Source of the DNA: a virus
DNA: 64,000 bases
IMG/VR virus record: IMGVR_UViG_3300014050_000003
Location: 57,059 to 121,058 of that record
Direction: 5' to 3' (one strand)
Under the pieces are notes generated by a model, which did no database searches, was not told where the DNA came from, and was given only the letters and a program-made list of their open reading frames with translations. Shown piece by piece: positions 17,518 to 26,635 of this stretch; the stretch's first letter is position 1, and every line of letters starts with the position of its first letter. The position numbers and the translations under genes are program-made.

Positions 17518-18305
17518 AATATAATTTTTTTGAATTTAATAAATTGTCGCATCTGCATAATGGGAAAGATATATTTTTTTGTAAAATAGATTACTTATTA
17601 GAAGATTTTAAAATTATAAATGAGTTAAAAAATGAAGTTATATTAATTACTGGGAATGGGGATTATCCTGTGGTAGATCATATAATGCAAATAGCTCCAA
17701 AAAATATTAAAAAATGGTATGCAACAAATTGTTTATCTAATAACGATATTTTAATTCCTATACCCCTTGGCCTAGAAAATGAAGAAAAATCAATCAGAGA
17801 AAATCATGGAATTGGCCATGGAGAACATGCAGCTTTAAAGAAGGAATTATTAAATAGGAATAAAAACATTTTGCCAAATAAATACATTTATGCAAATTTT
17901 AGATTGCATTCAAATTGGATTTATAGAAATTTATGCAAAGATATATGCCAAAAAATAAGTCATATTGATTTTGAAGATAACGACTTAACTTTAGAAGATT
18001 TTTTTAATAAGATCCTTGAATATAAAATGGTATTTTGCCCAATTGGAAATGGGGTTGATACACATAGACTATGGGAGACGCTTTATTCTAATAGAATACC
18101 GATTACTATTAAAATAGATAATTTTAAGATTTATGAACTTTATGAAAAATTACCAATTGTTGTTTTAGATAAAATAGAAGATTTAAATAATAAAAATTTA
18201 ATAGATCATAAAATTTCAAAACTTAACTATAATAATTTAAATATGCTTGATATAAATTATTGGATAAATGAAATATTGACAGAACAAAAAAAATTGATAT
18301 ACTGA
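17514..18305 (+). CDS. Putative glycosyltransferase (exostosin/GT47-like C-terminal motif)
   Basis: IPIPLGL, FCPIGNGVDTHRLWETLY..RIPI. Confidence 0.6.
   Translation: MKYNFFEFNKLSHLHNGKDIFFCKIDYLLEDFKIINELKNEVILITGNGDYPVVDHIMQIAPKNIKKWYATNCLSNNDILIPIPLGLENEEKSIRENHGIGHGEHAALKKELLNRNKNILPNKYIYANFRLHSNWIYRNLCKDICQKISHIDFEDNDLTLEDFFNKILEYKMVFCPIGNGVDTHRLWETLYSNRIPITIKIDNFKIYELYEKLPIVVLDKIEDLNNKNLIDHKISKLNYNNLNMLDINYWINEILTEQKKLIY
18276..18303 (+). promoter_or_regulatory. sigma70-type promoter (extended -10), leaderless
   Basis: TTGACA-N16-TATACT with TGn; GTG 18310 is 6 nt after the -10 box. Confidence 0.7.
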
Positions 18306-18309
18306 TATA

Positions 18310-18648
18310 GTGAGCAATCATAAACTTTGCCAAATGATAATTAAAAAATATGTAAAAGGAAATATTAACTGGCCGCGAGAAATCAAAATCGCGCAAAGAT
18401 TAATTAAAAAATTTAAATCTTTTGATTTTTGGGATAATTTACAAGAATTAGGATCACCACCGCCTTCATTAGCTTGGTTTTTAAAAGCTGAAGGTAAAGC
18501 TTTCTTATTAAAAGAATATGAATCATTTAATATGAATTTAAATAAGCAAAAAATATCTCTTAATAAAAATAAAATAGGAGAAGATAAAAAAGTTTGCCAA
18601 AAACCTAAAACTCTGTTAGAATTTATAAGATATGGGAAGAAAACCTAA
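18310..18648 (+). CDS. Hypothetical protein
   Basis: 112-aa ORF with its own promoter; overlaps the recA start. Confidence 0.7.
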   Translation: MSNHKLCQMIIKKYVKGNINWPREIKIAQRLIKKFKSFDFWDNLQELGSPPPSLAWFLKAEGKAFLLKEYESFNMNLNKQKISLNKNKIGEDKKVCQKPKTLLEFIRYGKKT

Positions 18649-19774
18649 AGAAGAAGTCGTTGAATCATCTGGCCCAAGCGCATCAGATAGATTATTATCA
18701 TTTTTAAAAGATAATAAAGAAGATCATTATAATTTTGAAGATGAAGTTTATTATAAAGTATCTACTGGTAGTTTAAACTTAGATATAGCTACAGGTGGTG
18801 GTTTATGCCCAGGTTTACATAGATTTATTGGAATGAATGAAGGTGGAAAAACTTCTGAAGCACTAGAAGTAACAAAAAATTTCCTTAAATCAGTAGAAAA
18901 TTCTAGAGCTTTACTTTTTAAAGCAGAAGGAAGATTAAGTAAAGAGATTAAAGAACGCTCTGGAATTAAGTTTGTAACTGATCCTAAAGAATGGGTTGAT
19001 GGAACTTGTTTTGTATTTGAATGTAATATTTTTGAAACAGTTTCAGAATTAATGAAAGACCTTATTCAATCAAATGATGAAAATAAGAGATATATATTCA
19101 TTCTTGATTCGGTTGATGGTTTAATGACCAAAGGTGATGCCCAAAAAAGCATGACAGAAGCTACGAAAGTCGCAGGAGGAGCTGTTATCTCATCAATGTT
19201 AATGAAGAAAATTTCTCTCGCACTTTCTAAGCGTGGACATATGGCTATTTTCATTAGTCAAGTTAGATCTGATATTAAACTTGATCCTTATGCTGCAAAT
19301 AAAGATATTCGTCAAACTACTGCCACTGGTGGAAATGCTTTGTTGCATTTTGCAAATTGGATTCTTGAATTTGAACCAAAGTTTAATAAAGATCTTATTC
19401 TTGAAAAGCCAAATGATAAGTATGATCCAGTAAAGAATAAAATCATTGGACATAACGTTAAAATTGCAATTAAAAAATCAACCAATGAATCTACAAACTC
19501 AAAAGTCCAATATCCAATTAAATATGGTCGCAAAGATGGTTCGTCAGTATGGAAAGAATATGAAGTTATCGATCAAATTCTTGCTTGGGAATTTGCAGTA
19601 TCAAAAGGAGCATGGGTAACATTTTCTGACGATATTATCGAAGAACTTAAGAAGCAAAATCTGGATCTTAAAAAACAACATCAAGGAGTTGATAATCTTA
19701 GGTCTTATTTAGAAGAAAATAAACCAATCGTTGATTATTTTTACAATAAATTTATTAATACTCTTACGTCATGA
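18632..19774 (+). CDS. recA: RecA/UvsX-like recombinase
   Basis: VSTGSLNLDIATGGG, Walker A GMNEGGKT, Walker B FILDSV, ISQVR, TGGNALLHFA. Confidence 0.9.
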   Translation: MGRKPKEEVVESSGPSASDRLLSFLKDNKEDHYNFEDEVYYKVSTGSLNLDIATGGGLCPGLHRFIGMNEGGKTSEALEVTKNFLKSVENSRALLFKAEGRLSKEIKERSGIKFVTDPKEWVDGTCFVFECNIFETVSELMKDLIQSNDENKRYIFILDSVDGLMTKGDAQKSMTEATKVAGGAVISSMLMKKISLALSKRGHMAIFISQVRSDIKLDPYAANKDIRQTTATGGNALLHFANWILEFEPKFNKDLILEKPNDKYDPVKNKIIGHNVKIAIKKSTNESTNSKVQYPIKYGRKDGSSVWKEYEVIDQILAWEFAVSKGAWVTFSDDIIEELKKQNLDLKKQHQGVDNLRSYLEENKPIVDYFYNKFINTLTS

Positions 19775-20190
19775 GATTATTAAATATTAACGGCAAGCTC
19801 GTTAATAAAAATGTAAGAAACTATCTAATAAATTGGGAAGGCAAAAGCCGCAGCAAATTACAATTTAAATTTAAAGACTTTTTTCGCCCTTATTGGAAGA
19901 ACCATATAGTTTATGAAGAGTTTCCAGTTTATGGAAGTATGCTTAAAGTAGATATATTAAATGCAACAAAAAAGATAGCAGTTGAGATACAAGGTAACCA
20001 GCATGAGTCCTTTAATAAGTTCTTCCACGATAACTCACGATTAAAATACCTTCAAAGCATAAAAAGAGATGTCAAAAAAGAAAAATGGCTCGAAATGAAT
20101 GAATTTAAATTCCTTGAACTTTACGAAGATGATCTTAAAAATTTATCACCACAATATATAGAAGAAAAATGCGGAATTTTAATTATTTAA
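19771..20190 (+). CDS. PD-(D/E)XK endonuclease (Vsr/DUF559-like)
   Basis: EEFPV...LKVDIL...AVEIQGNQH...RDVKK..W. Confidence 0.75.
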   Translation: MRLLNINGKLVNKNVRNYLINWEGKSRSKLQFKFKDFFRPYWKNHIVYEEFPVYGSMLKVDILNATKKIAVEIQGNQHESFNKFFHDNSRLKYLQSIKRDVKKEKWLEMNEFKFLELYEDDLKNLSPQYIEEKCGILII

Positions 20191-20196
20191 GTGTAA
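20191..20196 (+). promoter_or_regulatory. GTGTAA late-type motif
   Basis: Sits in the 12-nt gap before GTG 20203. Confidence 0.45.
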
Positions 20197-20202
20197 AATC
20201 TG

Positions 20203-20481
20203 GTGGTGACAAATAAGAAAAAATTTAATTTTCCAGACTCTCTGTTAAAGCAAATTGATGAATGCAGTTTTGGTGGATATATAATGTTTAATTTTTCAAA
20301 TAAAGGCGAACCTCAAGTTTTTACAAAGTTTGATAATCAAATAAATGCCATGGCTCTTTTATATTACGTTAATACTTGGAGCCAAAGCGTAGACCAATTG
20401 AATCTAGAAGCAACGACAGATCAAATAGCAAGAAAAAATCAAGAAGATGATGATTTTGATGATTCAGAAGAAAAAGATTAA
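20203..20481 (+). CDS. Hypothetical protein with acidic tail
   Basis: 92-aa ORF filling the gap before the dnaB promoter. Confidence 0.7.
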   Translation: MVTNKKKFNFPDSLLKQIDECSFGGYIMFNFSNKGEPQVFTKFDNQINAMALLYYVNTWSQSVDQLNLEATTDQIARKNQEDDDFDDSEEKD

Positions 20482-20486
20482 AACAC

Positions 20487-20515
20487 TTGACTTTTAATTT
20501 TTACTTTGGTATCAT
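20487..20515 (+). promoter_or_regulatory. sigma70-type promoter (extended -10) for the dnaB operon
   Basis: TTGACT-N17-TATCAT with TGn; ATG 10 nt after the -10 box. Confidence 0.7.
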
Positions 20516-20525
20516 ATAAAACTGG

Positions 20526-22010
20526 ATGATTTATTCATTACAAGTAGAAAGACATGTATTAAGTGGGTTATTAAGGCATCAAGACCTTTTTGCGGATATT
20601 GATGTTTTTTTAACTGAAAATGACTTTTTTAACGATGTACATTCCACAATATATACAGTATTTAAAAATATAAAACACAAAGGCGAAAATGTAGATAAAG
20701 TACTTCTTGCAGAAAAGATTAAAAATTTAGGTATATCTTTTAAAGACGAAATTAACATATTTGATTATATTGACAATTTAAGTTTCTCTCAAATTACAGA
20801 GCAAGCTACGATGGAGGCTTGTAGAGAGTTAATTAAACTTAGGGTTAGAAGAGAGATTGCTCAAACAGCAGATAAATTAAAAGAATATGTAGTTAAAAAT
20901 TCAGATGATAATTTAGATCAAATTATTGGTAATATAGACCAAATTTATAATAAAAAGATTTCATCTTATGACGAAAATGATGTGCCAATTAATATTTTTG
21001 CAGAAGTCGAAGATCTTGTTGAGGAAATAGGTAATTCACCTAAAGAAGATAGTGGATTAATTACTCCTTATTCTGAATTTAATAGAATGTATGGTGGTTT
21101 AAAAAATGGAAATATTTATGCAATAGCTAGTAGACCTGGCCAAGGTAAATCAACTTGGTTAAATGATATTTGTTTTAAAACAGCGATTAATGTTAAGAAT
21201 AAAACTAAAACTCTTATTCTTGATACCGAAATGCAAACAGTAGATATTCAATTAAGAATGGTTGCATCTTTAACAGATGTTCCAGTATGGTATCTTGAAA
21301 CTGGTAATTGGCGTAAAAATGAAGAGATGACAAAGAAAGTAAGATCAGCTTGGGCAAAAGTAAAACAGTATGAATATTTTCATTATCATGTTGGAAATAA
21401 AAACATAGACCAAATTTGTTCTATTATCCGTAGATGGTATTTATCTAAAGTTGGACGAGGAAATCAAGCGATGATTGCTTATGATTATATTAAATTAACT
21501 GGAGAAAAAGTTGGTCAAAATTGGGCAGAACATCAAGCGATTGGAGACAAGATCGATAAACTTAAAAGAATTTCGGAAGAAATTCATTGCCCAATTATTA
21601 CTGCAATGCAATTGAATAGAACTGGAGAAAGTTTTAATAGAAAAGGTTCTGAAGTAGTAGATGATAGCTCTGTTATTTCACTTTCAGATAGACTACAATG
21701 GTTTGCTTCTTTCGTAGCGATCTTTAGAAGAAAGACTCTGGATGAACTTACTTTAGATGGTCAACAATTTGGTACTCATAAATTAATTCCAACTAAAACA
21801 AGATTCCAAGGAAAAGATGCCGCAGGTCATCAAGACTTAGTTAGAAGACTAGATAGTTGCGGTAAAGAAGTTTGGGCACAAAATTATCTTAATTATCAAG
21901 TTAATAATTTTAATATTGAAGAAAGAGGATCATTAAGAGATGTAGCCGATAGGCAAAGAGAGCAGTATCAATTAAATGATGAAAATCAAACAGATGGAGA
22001 ATTATTATGA
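20526..22010 (+). CDS. dnaB: Replicative DNA helicase (DnaB family)
   Basis: N-terminal ERHVLSGLL...DFF..VH; Walker A SRPGQGKS; DTEM; YDYIKL; MQLNR; KTR. Confidence 0.92.
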   Translation: MIYSLQVERHVLSGLLRHQDLFADIDVFLTENDFFNDVHSTIYTVFKNIKHKGENVDKVLLAEKIKNLGISFKDEINIFDYIDNLSFSQITEQATMEACRELIKLRVRREIAQTADKLKEYVVKNSDDNLDQIIGNIDQIYNKKISSYDENDVPINIFAEVEDLVEEIGNSPKEDSGLITPYSEFNRMYGGLKNGNIYAIASRPGQGKSTWLNDICFKTAINVKNKTKTLILDTEMQTVDIQLRMVASLTDVPVWYLETGNWRKNEEMTKKVRSAWAKVKQYEYFHYHVGNKNIDQICSIIRRWYLSKVGRGNQAMIAYDYIKLTGEKVGQNWAEHQAIGDKIDKLKRISEEIHCPIITAMQLNRTGESFNRKGSEVVDDSSVISLSDRLQWFASFVAIFRRKTLDELTLDGQQFGTHKLIPTKTRFQGKDAAGHQDLVRRLDSCGKEVWAQNYLNYQVNNFNIEERGSLRDVADRQREQYQLNDENQTDGELL

Positions 22011-22663
22011 ATGTTGAATTAATATCAATTACAAAACCAGAAATTAAAGGTATAAAAAACGCAGAAGATTTAGTCGCATTTTGTGCTAGAGTTAGTAATC
22101 CATCTAACCAAATGAATGTAGAAACCGCGCCCAAACTTTTGAAATTTTTAATCAATCATAAACATTGGAGTCCATTTGAATTAGTTGATATGTGCGTTGA
22201 GATTAAAACCAGTCGCGGGATTGCAGCGCAAATTCTTAGACATAGATCATTTAGTTTTCAAGAATTTAGTCAAAGATATAGTGTTGCAAATGAATTTGAA
22301 GATATTGAATTGCGATTACAAGGAGACAAAAATAGACAAGTAGGAGAAAATCTGATGCCAACAAATACAGATGCATACGAGAAAGTTAATGAACTTCTTA
22401 TAGAATCCTTATCGCTTTCTCAGCATTGTTATGATACAATGATAGAAAATGGAGTAGCTAAAGAAGTAGCAAGAATGATATTACCATTAACAACTCAAAC
22501 AACTATGTATATGAAAGGCTCTTTAAGAAGTTGGATTCATTATATTCAATTAAGGACGGAGCAAAATACTCAAAAAGAACATAGAATTATAGCTGAAAAA
22601 TGCAAAAAGATTTTTGTAAAAGAATTCCCAACTATAAGCGAGGCATTAGAATGGAAGAAATAA
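22007..22663 (+). CDS. thyX: FAD-dependent thymidylate synthase
   Basis: ARVSNP, HWSPFE, RHRSFSFQEFSQRY, EVARMILP, TQKEHR. Confidence 0.96.
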   Translation: MNVELISITKPEIKGIKNAEDLVAFCARVSNPSNQMNVETAPKLLKFLINHKHWSPFELVDMCVEIKTSRGIAAQILRHRSFSFQEFSQRYSVANEFEDIELRLQGDKNRQVGENLMPTNTDAYEKVNELLIESLSLSQHCYDTMIENGVAKEVARMILPLTTQTTMYMKGSLRSWIHYIQLRTEQNTQKEHRIIAEKCKKIFVKEFPTISEALEWKK

Positions 22664-23556
22664 GCGTATACCAAGTCCTTACAGACCTTGGTTATCAGTT
22701 AAAAGATTGCGGTAAAGAATTTAGAGCTAAACCTCTTTATAGAGATAGTGATAATGATACAGTTTTAAGAATCTATAAAGATACAGGTAATTGGGTGGAT
22801 TTTAAAGAAAACATAAGCGGAGATATTAATTCATTAGTTAATTTAACATTAAAATTAGAAAGCCCAATTAAAGCTCAAGAATGGTTAAAGAATAAAAATT
22901 TTGTAATTACTCCTTCAATTCAAAATCAAAAACCTGTAATAAAATCAACCAAAAAATTTGATCCATCGCTATTATTAAAACTAGAAAACGATCAATCATA
23001 TTGGGTTAAAAGAAAAATAAACAAAGACACTTTATATGAATTTAAAGGTGGAGTAGCCAAAGCTGGCAAAATGAAGAATAGATATGTATTCCCTATATTT
23101 GACATCAATAATAATATTATAGGATTTTCTGGCAGAGACGTTACCAACAAATCTAAAATTAAATGGAAACATTTGGGAGAAAAAAACGATTTCCTTTATC
23201 CATTATTTCTTAATTCAAAAAATATCCAAGATCAAAAAGAAGTTATTCTAGTAGAAAGTATTGGAGACATGTTGAGTTTATGGCAAGCTGGAATTAAAAA
23301 TGTTTTGGTGACTTTTGGAACAAACTTAAGTTTAGGTATTTTAAATTATTGTTTAAAAACAGATATGAAAAAAATATTTATCAGTTTAAATAATGATTCA
23401 GCAAAAAATATGGCTGGAAATATAGGAGCAGAAAAAGCCGAAGCTAGATTATCTAGATACTTCGATAAAAATCAATTAATTATTGCTTTGCCAAATAAAA
23501 AAGATTTTGGTGAAATGTCAATAGAAGAAATTTTACAATGGAAACAAAACCTTTAA
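22651..23556 (+). CDS. DNA primase (DnaG-type TOPRIM) with a degenerate Zn-binding domain
   Basis: NRYVFPI...IIGFSGR..K..W, ILVESIGD, NND, KDFGEM; likely start ATG 22651. Confidence 0.85.
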   Translation: MEEISVYQVLTDLGYQLKDCGKEFRAKPLYRDSDNDTVLRIYKDTGNWVDFKENISGDINSLVNLTLKLESPIKAQEWLKNKNFVITPSIQNQKPVIKSTKKFDPSLLLKLENDQSYWVKRKINKDTLYEFKGGVAKAGKMKNRYVFPIFDINNNIIGFSGRDVTNKSKIKWKHLGEKNDFLYPLFLNSKNIQDQKEVILVESIGDMLSLWQAGIKNVLVTFGTNLSLGILNYCLKTDMKKIFISLNNDSAKNMAGNIGAEKAEARLSRYFDKNQLIIALPNKKDFGEMSIEEILQWKQNL

Positions 23557-24518
23557 AAACATTATCCGCTTCTAGAATTAAAACTCTTGAGACTTGCTCT
23601 TGGGTTTATTGGAATAATTATCATACTAAAGTTCCACAAAGTCAAAATGATGGGGCTTTAAGAGGAACAATATGTCATACAGTTTTTGAATTATTATTAA
23701 ATAAAAGACATCTTAAAAACTATAAAAAGATAATAAAAAAGAATGCCATTAGTGGTGATAAAGCAATAAATAGATTAGTTAAAAAATTATCAGTAAAAGT
23801 TGGGCTTGATGAAAGTAATTATAAATTATTAAATGATATGATTTTAGTTGGTCTTAAAAATGACTTCTTTGGAGAAGGCGGAGAAATAGTAAAACCAGAA
23901 TATGACTTTGATATTATAAATGAAGAGCCCAAATATCATATCAAGGGGTTTATAGATAAGCCTATTAAAATCAAAAAAGAAATGCATATAATTGACTACA
24001 AAAGCTCTAAATATAAGTTTAGAGGTGATGACCTTGAAGCCAATATCCAAGCCATGATGTATAGTCTAGCTAGTAAAAAGTTATGGCCAAAATTAAAGCC
24101 TATTGTTAAATTCTTATTTTTAAGATTTCCAAAACAACCAATACAAGAATTATCTTTTGATGATAATGAAATTAAAGGATTTGAACATTATTTAGAGCAT
24201 ATTAATCAATATGTTGATAATTTTGATGAAAATTCAGCCCAAGCAAATTTCGCAATAGATAATCCAAAAAATAAATGGATGTGTCAAGTTGGTGGATGGA
24301 AATGCCCATATAAAGATCCTTATGAATATTACGTTAAATTAAATGATAAAAATGAAATAATAGAGTCAAGTTTAAATGGAAAATTCAAAAATATTGAAGG
24401 ATTTAAAGTGGAAAAAAGAGTTTATCAAGGATGCCCAAAATTTAATAATAGTAATAATCAAAAAGATGATTTTTTAGAAGAAAATACTACTAAAGCAAAG
24501 GACGATTTTTTAGGTTGA
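23538..24518 (+). CDS. PD-(D/E)XK exonuclease (RecB/AddB/Cas4-like)
   Basis: LSASRI...C, RGTICH..FE, PE, KGFIDK, IIDYKSSK, QAMMY, C-terminal Cys residues. Confidence 0.85.
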   Translation: METKPLKTLSASRIKTLETCSWVYWNNYHTKVPQSQNDGALRGTICHTVFELLLNKRHLKNYKKIIKKNAISGDKAINRLVKKLSVKVGLDESNYKLLNDMILVGLKNDFFGEGGEIVKPEYDFDIINEEPKYHIKGFIDKPIKIKKEMHIIDYKSSKYKFRGDDLEANIQAMMYSLASKKLWPKLKPIVKFLFLRFPKQPIQELSFDDNEIKGFEHYLEHINQYVDNFDENSAQANFAIDNPKNKWMCQVGGWKCPYKDPYEYYVKLNDKNEIIESSLNGKFKNIEGFKVEKRVYQGCPKFNNSNNQKDDFLEENTTKAKDDFLG

Positions 24519-24543
24519 TTTTAAATTAAAAGTTTGTTATATT
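24515..24543 (+). promoter_or_regulatory. sigma70-type promoter (extended -10), leaderless
   Basis: TTGATT-N17-TATATT with TGn; ATG 24551 is 7 nt after the -10 box. Confidence 0.6.
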
Positions 24544-24550
24544 ACTGTTA

Positions 24551-25306
24551 ATGATTCCGTTATTTAAATCTCATTATTCTCTAGGAAGGTCTATTTTAAC
24601 TCTAGAAGATAAATCAGAAGTTGACGATTATCCAGATTCAATTATTCAAATAGCCAAAGAAAATAAACTTAAAGAATTATTCTTAGTAGAAGATAACATG
24701 TCTTCATTTTTGGAAGCCTATACAAATACAAGAAATAATAATATTAAACTTAATTATGGCTTAAGAATTACTATAACAGAATCAATTGAAGATAAAAGTG
24801 AAGAATCTAGATCAAAAAATTCTAAAGTTATTATATTTTTTAAAAATAACGAAGGATATAGCCTTTTAACTAAACTTTATAGCAAAGCCTCAAAAGAAGG
24901 TTTTTATTATGAACCTAGGCTTGATTATAAGATATTAGCAGAAAATTGGACTAATGATCTTTTATTATGCATACCATTTTATGATTCATTTATTTATAAT
25001 AATACTTTAAAGAACTTTATTTGTGTACCTAATTTCTCATTTACAAAACCAATAGTATTTATAGAAAATAATGATTTACCATTTGATCTTATAGTAAAAA
25101 ACAAAATGCTTAACTTCATAAAAGAAAACAACTTAGAAGTTTTTAATGTTAAGAGTATTTATTATAAAAATAAAAAGGATTTTAAATCTTATTTAACTTT
25201 TAGATGCATCAATAATAGAACGACTTTAAATAAACCAGAAATAGAACATATGTCTAGCGATTCGTTTTCTTTTGAAGAATGGAAAAATTTATGCAAACTC
25301 AAATAA
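24551..25306 (+). CDS. Stand-alone PHP domain of DNA polymerase III alpha (N-terminal part of a split DnaE)
   Basis: KSHYSLGRS, IAKENKLKELFLVEDN.M..F, IKLNYGLRI, FKNNEGYSLLTKLYSKA...GFYYEPRLD mirror the DnaE PHP domain. Confidence 0.82.
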   Translation: MIPLFKSHYSLGRSILTLEDKSEVDDYPDSIIQIAKENKLKELFLVEDNMSSFLEAYTNTRNNNIKLNYGLRITITESIEDKSEESRSKNSKVIIFFKNNEGYSLLTKLYSKASKEGFYYEPRLDYKILAENWTNDLLLCIPFYDSFIYNNTLKNFICVPNFSFTKPIVFIENNDLPFDLIVKNKMLNFIKENNLEVFNVKSIYYKNKKDFKSYLTFRCINNRTTLNKPEIEHMSSDSFSFEEWKNLCKLK

Positions 25307-25773
25307 ATAAAATTGTTTTATCTAAAGAAGAAGCTCTTGAAGCTGCTATCATGGGTGTTAAAAGAAGAATGACTAACGTTTTTAGAGAACTAAATGATTT
25401 GTCTCACCATGGGTCACCAATAGGTGGTAATTGGTGGTCAAATGATATTGAAGCAGCTGGAGCAGAATTAGCTTTCGCAAAATTTATTGGTGAAGATTGG
25501 GTAGGAGCAGTAAATACTTTTAATGCTCCAGACGTAGGCCAAGATTGGCAAGTTAGATATACAAATATAGATTATGGATCTTTGATCTTAAGAAAAAAAG
25601 ATAAAGTTAAATTAAAACAAAAATTTGTATTAGTAACTGGATCAATGCCGATTTATAATATAAAAGGTTACATCATAGGAACAGATGGAATTCAAGAAAG
25701 ATTTTTGAAAAATCCTAATAACGGAGAACCAGCATGGTTTATACCTCAAAGAGAATTATTGAAATTTAATTAA
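25279..25773 (+). CDS. Hypothetical protein, possible PD-(D/E)XK-like nuclease
   Basis: GAELAFAK...PDVG..WQVRYT pattern (E...PD...QxR). Confidence 0.5.
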   Translation: MEKFMQTQINKIVLSKEEALEAAIMGVKRRMTNVFRELNDLSHHGSPIGGNWWSNDIEAAGAELAFAKFIGEDWVGAVNTFNAPDVGQDWQVRYTNIDYGSLILRKKDKVKLKQKFVLVTGSMPIYNIKGYIIGTDGIQERFLKNPNNGEPAWFIPQRELLKFN

Positions 25774-25774
25774 T

Positions 25775-26413
25775 ATGGACGAACACTTACTTAGATATAA
25801 TAAAAATAAAACCTTAGTATTTATTGATTGCGAGACGTTAAATCTCTGCCTTAATTTTTGTCATAATTTACCTTGGCAAATTGCTATGATTAAAGTTAAA
25901 GGCGACCAAAAAGTTGATGAAAAAAACTTTTATATAAAATGGGATACAAATTTAAAAATAAGTGATGCTGCGGCTTATGTAACTAGATATGATCATAAGA
26001 AAATTTTAAGAGATGGCCTAGATCCAAAAGAAGTTTTCCCAACAATCAAAGATTGGCTCGATAATGCAGATTATATTGTTGGGCATAATATTTTAGGTTT
26101 TGATGTTTATATTATTAAAGAATACTATAAATACATGGGATGCAATTGGCAACATCTTATACCAAAGTTTATAGATACAAATACTTTAGCAAGAGGTATA
26201 AAATATAATATGCCTTTTTCTAATAAAGATAATTTAACAGAATATCAATATAAAATTTTTCATACAAGAAAAAAGAATGTTAAAAGTTCTTTAACTTTCT
26301 TAGGCAAAGAGAATGGAATAGATCATGATTATGATCAACTTCACGATGCAATAAATGATCTTGACTTAAATTTAAAAGTATGGAATAAATTGAAATGGCA
26401 AGTAGAGGTATAA
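25775..26413 (+). CDS. DEDDh 3'-5' exonuclease (DnaQ/epsilon-like)
   Basis: ExoI FIDCET, ExoII GHNILGFD, IDT, ExoIII LHDAINDL. Confidence 0.9.
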   Translation: MDEHLLRYNKNKTLVFIDCETLNLCLNFCHNLPWQIAMIKVKGDQKVDEKNFYIKWDTNLKISDAAAYVTRYDHKKILRDGLDPKEVFPTIKDWLDNADYIVGHNILGFDVYIIKEYYKYMGCNWQHLIPKFIDTNTLARGIKYNMPFSNKDNLTEYQYKIFHTRKKNVKSSLTFLGKENGIDHDYDQLHDAINDLDLNLKVWNKLKWQVEV

Positions 26414-26416
26414 TAT

Positions 26417-26635
26417 ATGGCTTCAATGGATGATATTTATGATATGGTACAAAAATTAGATGATTCTAATACAGAATATCTTTTAATAACAATCCAAAAG
26501 GGAAAAAAGAATGGTAAAGCTGATGTTTTTTATTCTTTAAAAGATAGAAAATCAATGAAGATTTTGGCAAGCGGTTTAGACATTTTTAATCAAGAAATTG
26601 ATAAAATTAATGATGAAATGGATGAAAATGATTAA
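26417..26635 (+). CDS. Small hypothetical protein
   Basis: 72-aa ORF with GAGG SD; overlaps the dnaE start. Confidence 0.65.
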   Translation: MASMDDIYDMVQKLDDSNTEYLLITIQKGKKNGKADVFYSLKDRKSMKILASGLDIFNQEIDKINDEMDEND

